Part shown: in pieces, positions 10,901 through 20,800 of the stretch | How the letters are laid out: each line of letters starts with the position of its first letter | Numbering within the stretch: the first letter of the stretch is position 1 | DNA from: Octopus vulgaris | Taxonomy: Eukaryota | Assembly (NCBI GenBank): GCA_951406725.2 | Contig: OX597831.1 | Span: forward strand, 79,794,001-79,858,000 | Direction of reading: 5' to 3' | Length of the DNA: 64,000 nucleotides | Notes under the pieces: model-generated | Databases searched by the model: none | Seen by the model: only the letters and a program-made list of their open reading frames with translations | What the model was told of the DNA's origin: nothing | Position numbers and translations under genes: made by a program

Positions 10901-13293
10901 GAAGACTGCAGACCAGCAGGTGTGCCCGGGGCTTGCAGAACCGGGGAAGAGATCCCTCCAGTCAGAACTAGACTGGGGTTCTCGCCCGATTTGTGATTGG
11001 GAATTGGTAGTGGTAGTGGACTGTTCTGACCCTTGATGACTCTTGTGAGCCCTTTTGGCCAGAACCGCCCTTTTCGACCCCACCTGTTTAGCTGTTTTAC
11101 CAGGTAGGAATCGTGCAATGGCTGCATTGATTTGCTTAACCCCTGTCTTCATCAGTTCAAACTCCTTTTTGACGAGGACCGCTACTTCCTCGTCGGACCA
11201 ACAGCCCCTGCGTCTTTGGCCAATTGCCTCAGCAGCGGCTGCCCGATCTGCACGTTTCTTTGCTATTTCTTCAAGGCGAGCAGCAATCCTGCGGGCATTC
11301 GCCACAACAGGATGCTTATGCCAAACGTGCTGTGATCGACCTATAGCCGTCAAAAAAGAACGGCTACAGTGGTCACACTTAAAAGAGGCTGGAACCGGAC
11401 TAGGGGCAAGTGCTCTAAATGCACTGCCATCACATCTACCAGCGTGACACCTCAGAGAGTGTAGGTGACCGCTTTCCCTATCACACTTAATGCATCTGTA
11501 GACAGGTCTAATACCATGTCTACAGATAACATGTTCTCCCCAATCCTGGGGGAGGAGAAGCGCAGAGGACATAGCGGGCAGGCTATGGAGCAAGACGCGC
11601 AGGGAATAGTAAGTGAGAATTCTCTACCACTAGGAGTGGGGCTTCATACCCCCACTTCCTCCTCTCGATCCATTTCTAAATAAAGAGAATGGTTGGGGAG
11701 GTCCCTAGCATCGCCCTCTCTGTCCGTCTCTAACGAAAACCGGACTTCAATGATGGGGTCATGTGCTAGGTCCAGTGGGAGTTGTTCTCCTCTTACTATC
11801 AGGGAATGTTCTCTATATTTTAAACTAAATATGTCTTTCCTATTTCTATAGTACTTCAGTGTCGGACGCAAAAAGAGCGCCCGACACTGGTCATGTTGAA
11901 GCCTAATGAGCCACTTGTACTTACTCGCACCGGAGATGACTCGTTGTCCCGTGCAAGGGAGGGTAGTCTTTCGGCCAACCGCATTTGGTTTGTGCGGTCG
12001 GCCTGACGTGTGGGCCCCATCTCGGACTCACAGGCCACCAGTTTGGCGGCGCCTGGCTGCCGTGTGTTTCTAAAATTATTGTTAGACATCACTATTCTTG
12101 GCGGCATTTTACTAGGGAACCTAGCCGAAACGATAAAGTTGAACTTAAAGGAAGTGCAACGCCAACCCCACCAAGATCGGCAAGCTACGCCACTAACCTA
12201 ACCAAAGAATCCTAACGGCCGCCCAACCGAATCAAGAGACAGAAAGCAAGTAGCCACCCCTCCGAGAACTAATTCCCCCAGAGAACATCCGGGGGACCTG
12301 TCTGGGCTAGACGGGACCCGTGAGTGTATCTACCCCAAAGCTAAAGCGGTGGACAAGAAGGAGCCACCTTATGATAAGTCCTACGATATATCCAATTACG
12401 GAAACCTCAACCGGCGAGTGAGGCGATAAAACACGCTCTAGGCTAATATAGAAGATACGGCTATATCCCACCCGTCACAACAACCGGCTAGAACATTAAC
12501 ACCAATAAGGCGCCAATCTCTATGGCATTCACCCCCATAATGGAAGCAAACGAGAGGGCCTTCACTCCACACTGCTACGAGGCTACAGCCCGACTATACG
12601 AGCCGGACAGTCCCCCATCTACAGCCCGTGAAGGGCTCTATTCCCTAACACCGCAACTGGGTACTTAACTCACAGGCCCCTCGACACCGGCACGGGAAAA
12701 ACTGGCGATCCATATAACTGAACCAACCAGAACCCCCGGCTCCTATCTGCACCAGACCACTATTCATTGGCTCCATAGAGCCATGACCTTCATCACTTTG
12801 AGAGGAGAACCGCCCACCAACTGACCAAAAATAACAGCAAGCTAACCGGGTCATTAAAGACCAAATAGGGAAACTAAGGCACGGCCAGCGGCCGCTCAAC
12901 CTAACCAGCAGGGAGGCACGCACCCCCCTATCAGAATCGCCTATGAACCACTAGCTCCCCACCAAATTAAATTTGGAACCGCTTTGGAGAAAGGACACGT
13001 TTAGTTTGTCCAATGCGGGGTTATTATCCGGCATTGCATAAAGCACATCCGGCATCGACCCCTGCATGGACGTAAGCTCTCTTACCACGCCAAAGTAGTG
13101 TCCAAAAGGGTGAAGCCTGGCAGTGCATCTACCTGGCAGTGCATTTGCCTGGCAGTGCATCTACCTGGCAGTGCATCCACCTGCCGAGTAAAAAACAATG
13201 AGCAAAGCCCACTGAATCCCGACAGGTCATAACATACCAGGCCTACGTGTTAATGCATCCACCTCAAAAGAGGTCATAAGAAACAGGCCCCAC
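7958..13293 (-). mobile_element. R2 retrotransposon copy 1 (full length, disabled)
   Basis: 3' end ...gagaatttaga followed by TAGC of the target; ZF-ZF-ZF-Myb-RT-CCHC-RLE ORF; 5' end GTGGGGCCTG. Confidence 0.95.
8363..12107 (-). pseudogene. R2 ORF (3 zinc fingers, Myb, RT, CCHC, restriction-like endonuclease), frameshifted
   Basis: CPLC..H..H, CIKC..H..C, CDHC..H..H, WSDEE Myb, LDLSKAFD, QGDALSP, YADD, CPRC..H..C, RHN, PDLV..D..EK.RKY; split across ORFs 11856..12107, 11644..11871, 10481..11593, 10195..10524, 8363..10279. Confidence 0.95.
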
Positions 13294-13300
13294 AAGAGTG
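12993..13300 (-). ncRNA. Predicted HDV-like ribozyme, R2 copy 1
   Basis: Same P2/P3/L3/P4/J4-2 elements as 18336-18611; four units of the 16-mer at 13116-13183. Confidence 0.7.
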
Positions 13301-13348
13301 AAGCAGGCCCCACAAGAGAGGAAACAGGCCCCACAAGAGAGGAAACTA
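13281..13348. repeat. Head-to-tail R2 junction with ~21-bp unit (gaaacaggccccacaagagag) x3
   Basis: Reiterated R2 5' terminus plus CTCTCTT; cta at 13346-13348 is TAG from the target. Confidence 0.9.
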
Positions 13349-13607
13349 TTTAATTCTCTTCTCGAGACTTCCCTATTTTATAGTGGGTGGTCCCACTGTC
13401 TCAATAGCCAGTACCCTTTCCCCCTTTTTAAAAGAAGAATAGTGACGAAAAAAACAAAATGTTAGTAAGAAACTAAATTCAAAATTCTCCTCACAAGGAC
13501 GGGCGTAGTCATGTCCGGTGTTCTTTTTAATGAAAGTATTTTCTCAGTAGCACTCAACCCCACCGAAGCTAGGCTTTACCCGCCTAGCTACCCCTCGCAG
13601 TAAAAGT

Positions 13608-13639
<32 letters not shown>

Positions 13640-16600
13640 GACTTTTGGACTTCACTGAGGGGGTGTTATGTGGGGTCGGTGAGGGAATAGGCTTATATGT
13701 GAGGGCTAATCCCTCAACATATTGTAAGTGCAGATTAAAGAAGTCCGGCTGAGAAGTCGTTGAAATGACTCATCTTTTATGCCCAAGGCATCTAGTGCAA
13801 GACTCGCTGGCCTGCACCAGGCCCCACAGGCACCGATTGGGGGTCCATGCACCTCCACCGGACAGTCAAACTCCTGCAACAGCAATTGTTCAAGTGGACG
13901 GTACTTGCGCATTTTCTCGAGGGCAGCCCCTTTCAAGGCGTCCCCCTGCTCCAATCTGATAGTCACATCAACGACAACCACCTTTTCCGGACGACTAAAG
14001 ACCAGGTCAGGTATCAGCCCAGAGCCGTTTATAATATAAGACGGCTCTACACTGACGCTCCAACCATGGTCTACAGCTTCCTTTGCCACCAGGTCACAAA
14101 TTTTGTTATGCCTGGCAAGTCGTGGCCCTTTAAGAGCACCACAGACTCCACTGACGTGAGATATTGTCTCTGCTCCTAATCTACATCTCGGACACGTTGA
14201 GTCACCACGGAGTCCACGTGTCAGTTTCACGGGTAGGATAGACGTTAGAGCGCATCTTGAGTAAACTCAAGAAGCATCTCTCCGTTATCCTACCCGGCCT
14301 ACTTATCCAACTATTGCCAATCACATCCCCACGGTAGGCCGCCGCACACATTCCCTGCACCGGCTAGGCCGCCCATCGATGGGAGTGCGCCAGCCGGATG
14401 TCAGGGTCGTATTTGGCCGCGTCCGCAGGAAGTAACGGCAAGTCGAAGGAAACTATCAGTTGTTGGTTCTGTTCGGCTAATCCTGCAGAATCCGCAACCA
14501 TTCTAACAGAGACATAATCAGACGTTAATAGGCGAAGGTTACGGCGAATAACTGATTTCGGTATTAGCTTCACCAATTGGTGAAGACTTAATCCTCCATC
14601 TCGCCGGCTGCTATATAGGAAGGTAGAGTAGGGGAGATGTAGCATCCTCTTGGCCCCCACACGGATGGCCGTGTCAAGCATCTCTGACGTCCCTCTCGCC
14701 GGCAAAGCCTGCACCAGACCATAGAACAGTCTGGGCAGGTAATAGCTCTGCAGCAAGAGGAACTTTTGTCGGGGTTTCAGCGGAGCCCTGCACATTTTAT
14801 CTATGTCCAGTGACACCTGCTCCACTGAATTTAAGTTTGACTCCCGACTAGAGATAGACGTCCACGTGGGGATATTAACACCAAGATATGAAACCTTATC
14901 TCCCGGCTCTACCTTTTTAATAGCGATCACATTGATCATCGGCGGGGTGCCATCATTGACAAGGTAGGACTTGCCCCAGCCGCGAATGGAGAACCACGCA
15001 CACTTACCGACATTAAGCCCCAGTCCAACCGCACTATAGAACTCCTGGCATCTATCCATAAGAGCCTGGAGCCCCTCGCGCGATTTCGCATCTAGGGCCA
15101 TGTCGTCCGCGTACGCGATTCCATCCACTCGGATCCCCTCAACAAGCAAGTCCCCACAGCAGGATAACACATCTAGCAGCGGGTCCGTTGCAATGTTAAA
15201 GAGGATCGGCGAGAGCGCGTCCCCCTGTCTAACACCTCGACGAATCTCAATAGGTTCGCTTAACTGCCCATCTACTGAGAACCTGGTAGTACTACCTTCG
15301 TAAATCCCCTCCACGAGCACTAAAACGTGTTCGTGGAATCCAAGCCTCCGCAGTCCCGCATACACAAGCGAGTGCGAGACACTGTCGAAAGCCTTGGAGA
15401 GATCTAAGAAGGCAACCTCGAGCCGCGGTATTCTCAGTCGTGCTGGCCTCCCCATCGCGCGAGTGACGAGTTGTCGTAGGAGAAAAGAGTTCTCACTACA
15501 TCCGTCCGCGCAAATAAAGCCACGTTGACTTTGATTTAGGGGAGTTACCTGAAGCATGCGTTTGGCGACCATCTTTGAAAATAAACGATATACCGCAGAA
15601 CATATCGTGATTGGCCGCCAATTCGCAAGATCGTATGGGTCGTCTGATTTCTTCGGTATCAAAATCGACTTCCCTCGTTTCAGGATCTCGGGCACTTTAC
15701 CCGCCAGCAACATGCAGTTGCATATATTGGTTAAAACAGCTGGGTCCATTGCTTTGATTTCACCTATTGTGATACCATCTGGACCCGCCGCTGAGGAGAT
15801 CTTCATTTGCTTCCTACTTACCTTAATCTCCTCCACGGAGAATGGACTCAAGATAGTCGTTCTCAATCTGGGAGGAGGAGGGATAGTTTCTCAGATCAAC
15901 CTCAGGGCCTGGAGCGGAAAGCCTGTTCTTATAGAATTCCTCTATTGCATAGATTGGAATAGGGCATTCCCGCTCGCTATTTTCACCTAACACAACTGCA
16001 AGGAGCTTCTTCCTATTTTTCTTAAATAAATCTTGATGTCGGGCATAAGCTTGACGCTTATCCCGACGCCTAGAGCTAGATTTGTATAGATTGGAGGTAT
16101 GTCTATCACTATCTATATTCCTCTTGTTGTTGGTAACTTCCCTACGCGATTTATAGTGCTCCACCCAGTCCTCTATAGCATTCTCAAATGAGCCCCAAGC
16201 AATCGCTGTCCCGTCTTCCACGAGTTCCAACAGGGCCTCGGAGAAGACTGCAGACCAGCGGGTGTGCCCGGGGCATGCAGAACCGGGGAAGAGATCCACC
16301 CAGTCAGAACTAGACTGGGGTTCTCCCCCGATTTGTGATTGGGAATTGGTAGTGGTAGTGGACTGTTCTGACCCTTGATGACTCTTGTGAGCCCTTTTGG
16401 CCAGAACCGCCCTTTTCGACCCCACCTGTTTAGCTGTTTTACCAGGTAGGAATCGTGCAATGGCTGCATTGATTTGCTTAACCCCTGTCTTCATCAGTTC
16501 AAACTCCTTTTTGACGAGGACCGCTACTTCCTCGTCGGACCAACAGCCCCTGCGTCTTTGGCCAATTGCCTCAGCAGCGGCTGCCCGATCTGCACGTTTC

Positions 16601-18602
16601 TTTGCTATTTCTTCAAGGCGAGCAGCAATCCTGCGGGCATTCGCCACAACAGGATGCTTATGCCGAACGTGCTGTGATCGACCTATAGCCGTCAAAAAGA
16701 ACGGCTACAGTGGTCACACTTAAAAGAGGCTGGAACCGGACTAGGGGCAAGTGCTCTAAATGCACTGCCATCACATCTACCAGCGTGACACCTCAGAGAG
16801 TGTAGGTGACCGCTTTCCCTATCACACTTAATGCATCTGTAGACAGGTCTAATACCATGTCCACAGATAACATGTTCTCCCCAATCCTGGGGGGAGGAGA
16901 AGCGCAGAGGACATAGCGGGCAGGCTATGGAGCAAGACGCGCAGGGGATAGTAAGTGAGAATTCTCTACCACTAGGAGTGGGGCTTCATACCCCCACTTC
17001 CTCCTCTCGATCCATTTCTAAATAAAGAGAATGGTTGGGGAGGTCCCTAGCATCGCCCTCTCTGTCCGTCTCTAACGAAAACCGGACTTCATCGATGGGG
17101 TCATGTGCTAGGTCCAGTGGGAGTTGTTCTCCTCTTACTATCAGGGAATGTTCTCTATATTTTAAACTAAATATGTCTTTCCTATTTCTATAGTACTTCA
17201 GTGTCGGACGCAAAAAAGAGCGCCCGACACTGGTCATGTTGAAGCCTAATGAGCCACTTGTACTTACTCGCACCGGAGATGACTCGTTGTCCCGTGCAAG
17301 GCAGGGTAGTCTTTCGGCCAACCGCATTTGGTTTGTGCGGTCGGCCTGACGTGTGGGCCCCATCTCGGACTCACAGGCCACCAGTTTGGCGGCGCCTGGC
17401 TGCCGTGTGTTTCTAAAATTATTGTTAGACATCACTATTCTTGGCGGCATTTTACTAGGGAACCTAGCCGAAACGATAAAGTTGAACTTAAAGGAAGTGC
17501 AACGCCAACCCCACCAAGATCGGCAAGCTACGCCACTAACCTAACCAAAGAATCCTAACGGCCGCCCAACCGAATCAAGAGACAGAAAGCAAGTAGCCAC
17601 CCCTCCGAGAACTAATTCCCCCAGAAGATATCCGGGGGACCAGTCTAGGCTAGACGGGACCCGTGAGTGTATCTACCCCAGACCTAAAGCGGTGAACAAG
17701 AAAGAGCCACCTTATGATAAGTCCTACGATATATCCAATTACGGAAACCTCAACCGGCGAGTGAGGCGATAAAACACGCTCTAGGCTAATATAGAAGATA
17801 CGGCTATATCCCACCCGTCACAACAACCGGCTAGAACATTAACACCAATAAGGCGCCCATCTCTATGGCATTCACCCCCATAATGGAAGCAAACGAGAGG
17901 GCCTTCACTCCACACTGCTACGAGGCTACAACCCGACTATACGAGCCGGACAGTCCCCCATCTACAGCCCGTGAAGGGCTCTATTCCCTAACACCGCAAC
18001 TTGGTACCTAACTCACAGGCCCCTCGACACCGGCACGGGAAAAACTGGCGATCCATATAACTGAACCAACCAGAACCCCCGGCCCCTATCTGCACCAGAC
18101 CACTATTCATTGGCTCCATAGAGCCATGACCTTCATCCCTTTGAGAGGAGAACCGCCCACCAACTGACCAAAAATAACAGCAAGCTAACCGGGTCATTAA
18201 AGACCAAATAGGGAAACTAAGGCACGGCCAGCGGCCGCTCAACCTAACCAGCAGGGAGGCACGCACCCCCCTATCAGAATCGCCTATGAACCACTAGCTC
18301 CCCACCAAATTAAATTTGGAACCGCTTTGGAGAAAGGACACGTTTAGTTTGTCCAATGCGGGCTTATTATCCGGCATTGCATAAAGCACATCCGGCATCG
18401 ACCCCGCATGGACGTAAGCTCTCTTACCACGCCAAGGTAGTGTCCAAAAGGGTGAAGCCTGGCAGTGCATCCACCTGCCGAGTAAAAAACAGTGAGCAAA
18501 GCCCACTGAATCCCGACAGGTCCTAACATACCAGGTCATAACGTACCAGGCCTACCTGTTAATGCATCCACCTCAAAAGAGGTCATAAGAAACAGGCCCC
18601 AC
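13349..18602 (-). mobile_element. R2 retrotransposon copy 2 (full length, disabled)
   Basis: Colinear with copy 1; 5' end abuts sequence resembling the upstream half of the 28S target. Confidence 0.95.
13706..17450 (-). pseudogene. R2 ORF with stops (TGA 16986, TAG 14364) and frameshifts
   Basis: ORF pieces 16986..17450, 15823..16695, 14364..15866, 13706..14230 carry the same domains. Confidence 0.95.
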
Positions 18603-18611
18603 AAGAGAGTC
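18336..18611 (-). ncRNA. Predicted HDV-like self-cleaving ribozyme, R2 copy 2
   Basis: RNA sense: P1 GACTCTCTT/AAGAGAGCT (G-U at position 1), J1/2 closed by GTGGGGCCTG/CAGGCTTCAC, P2 GGACAC/GTGTCC, P3 ACC/GGT, L3 TTGGCGT, P4 GTCCATGCGGG/CCCGCATTGGAC, J4/2 AAACTAAAC. R2 5' HDV-like ribozymes are established. Confidence 0.8.
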
Positions 18612-18853
18612 GAAGTTACTCCCGCCGTTTACCCGCGCTCTCTTTGGAACTTCTTCACTTTGACATTCGGGGCAGCGGGGCAGAAATCGCACTCTTTCTC
18701 CCCGGCGCCGAATCACTCGGCGCACTCTTGCTCGATACCGAGAACTTCAAGCCCGTACCCTCGGCTCTGCTTTCGCTACACAGTAGATAGGGACAGTGGG
18801 AATCTCGCCTTTGATCCGTTCAGGCGGCGCCTCACCAATCAGACGACGATGCC
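18603..18853 (-). pseudogene. Diverged, order-permuted copy of the 28S rRNA R2 target region
   Basis: 18603-18692 resembles 28S upstream of the site (aagagagtcgaagttactcccgccgtttacccgcgc); 18693-18853 resembles 28S downstream of the site, with many substitutions relative to 20672-20790. Confidence 0.85.
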
Positions 18854-19294
18854 GAGAACTCGTCGCTTCGACAACACACACTCGTGGTGTTCGTCGATAA
18901 CGCCGCGTACTACTCAGACTTTGTCCGCCGCACCACGAGACCGGGGCTCGCGCTCGTTGCCGACAACTCGTCGGCGGTTCGGAAATTTACGTACACTCCG
19001 ACTGCCACATGCTAACGCAGCCACCCTGTGTACGCGCGCACTAAGCAGGAGGTGCCGTTTCCTCCACTTCTCACTTAAACGAACCGGCAACGGAGCGCGC
19101 GCTGCTAAGTCCATGCGCGCTCGATTCGGAGACGAAGACGGTTACGGCGACGACTACCGCGCGCTGAGTCGTTCGCCGCCGCCGCCGCCGCAAACACACT
19201 TCGTCGATCAGCGCGATCGTAACAACTCGCCGCCCTTCGATCGCGCTGTAACAGTTTGCCATCTTTCGCACCGCTTCCGCCTCGAAGGGGGCGG
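18854..19294 (-). other. Probable rDNA 3' ETS / intergenic spacer
   Basis: GC-rich sequence directly beyond the 28S 3' end on the minus strand. Confidence 0.5.
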
Positions 19295-19982
19295 ATTGTG
19301 TCGTTAACGAGAAGAGACTCAATAGATCGCAGTGTGGTAGCTGCTCTACTGAGCACGTCACTCCGAACGGCAAGTCGAGTCGTATGCAAGCGATCCCTTT
19401 CGTCTCGATCTCTTCGAACTAGACGGGGCGGGACGACGAGCAGACGACGACGGCGCGAACGCCCCGGCCGCCGCCGCGTCCCCGAATGGCAATTCCGCCG
19501 GCGATGCTGCCGCTCGCCGCGTGTACGCGACGGCCGGACGGCGAACGCCGAGCTAAGGCGTGCGCCTTGAGGTTGAGACGCTTTTGGAAAACAACTCGGG
19601 TCCGGCTACGGTTCCGGCTGAGAGGCGTTCAGCCGTTATCGCTCAGGGGCAGCCTGGCACCACCGCTCTATCGAGCGAGTGCGCAAACCGTTGCTCTGAT
19701 CCCGCGGTTCCTCTCGTACTGGACGGGATAGCCGTAGCCGAGTTGACGTTGCCGACGCCCGCCTAAGGTCGGCCGGAGAAACGCCGACGGCACGGCCAGG
19801 ACGGACGACGCGCGAGCGCGCCGCCGCCTCGACTGCACGCCGAGTACCCCGACGCGACTCGGGGCGCCGCGTACGCGCGATGCATCGGTAGGATAAAACT
19901 AACCTGTCTCACGACGGTCTGAACCCAGCTCACGTTCCCTGTTAGTGGGTGAACAATCCGACGCTTTGCGAATTCTGCTTCG

Positions 19983-20020
<38 letters not shown>

Positions 20021-20046
20021 GATGTCGCTGCGAACGCTTGGCCGCT

Positions 20047-20086
<40 letters not shown>

Positions 20087-20690
20087 CGGCGGACGCAAAG
20101 CTCGCCGCTGTAATTCGGAAAGGATCGATGGGCCACGCTTTCGCGGTCCGTATTCGTACTGAAAATCGAGATCGAGCGAGCTTTTGCCCTTTTGCTCGAC
20201 GTGTGGTGTCCGTCCACGCTGAGCTCGCCTTGGGACACCTGCGTTACCGTTTGACAGACGTACCGCCCAAGTCAAACTCCCCGACCGACACTGTTCTCGA
20301 CTAAGGGTCGCGCATCGGCTGCGCCGGCGCCCGCAAAAGCGCCCGACATGCACCGCGCGCTTCGCACCAGATAATGAACCACCGCTCGGCGACGGCCCGC
20401 TCCCTTCGCCATCGAGTGAGAGAGGAAACTACGGAAGTGGCGGTTTTTCATCGTCAGAAACGCGCGCGACACCCCGACGTCGAACGCGCTTAGCCGACGG
20501 CGCCCACGGCGCACCGACGAGACCGACGCTGCGCGAGGCGACGACGAACCCTCGAACAGCGCGCCGCCGGTAACGGCAGCGCCCGGCGCGGGGCATCGCG
20601 AGTGCTACCGCCTATGCTACGCCTACCGTGTGCCCTCACAAAACCGGACTAGGGTCAAGCTCAACAGGGTCTTCTTTCCCCGCCGATCCG

Positions 20691-20725
<35 letters not shown>

Positions 20726-20760
20726 CAGTAGATAGGGACAGTGGGAATCTCGCTGATCCG

Positions 20761-20800
<40 letters not shown>
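19295..20800 (-). rRNA. 28S rRNA 3' portion, from the R2 insertion site to the 3' end
   Basis: catttggcta (reverse of TAGCCAAATG) at 20791-20800; peptidyl-transferase region 19885-20085; sarcin-ricin loop cggttcctctcgtact ~19704-19720; 3'-terminal caatagatcgcag ~19320. Confidence 0.95.

Noticed and set aside
10214-11447. Recurrent antisense ORFs in R2 copies (MRLATIFENK..., MARTALFDPT...)
   Set aside because: Shadows of the sense ORF, repeated only because the copies are near-identical; no independent motifs
11644-11646. In-frame TGA as programmed readthrough or selenocysteine, with the ATGA-containing module as a SECIS
   Set aside because: Copies 3, 5, 6 and the old copy have TCA here; the module lies in the 5' UTR and lacks SECIS geometry
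12645-12923. Conserved 92-aa upstream ORF in the R2 5' UTR
   Set aside because: Non-ATG start, ends differ in copy 3, not conserved in the SIDEs and no recognisable domain; cannot be supported as coding
18660-20514. Arg/Ala-rich ORFs of 60-215 aa
   Set aside because: They overlap GC-rich 28S rRNA and spacer, where stop codons are rare by composition
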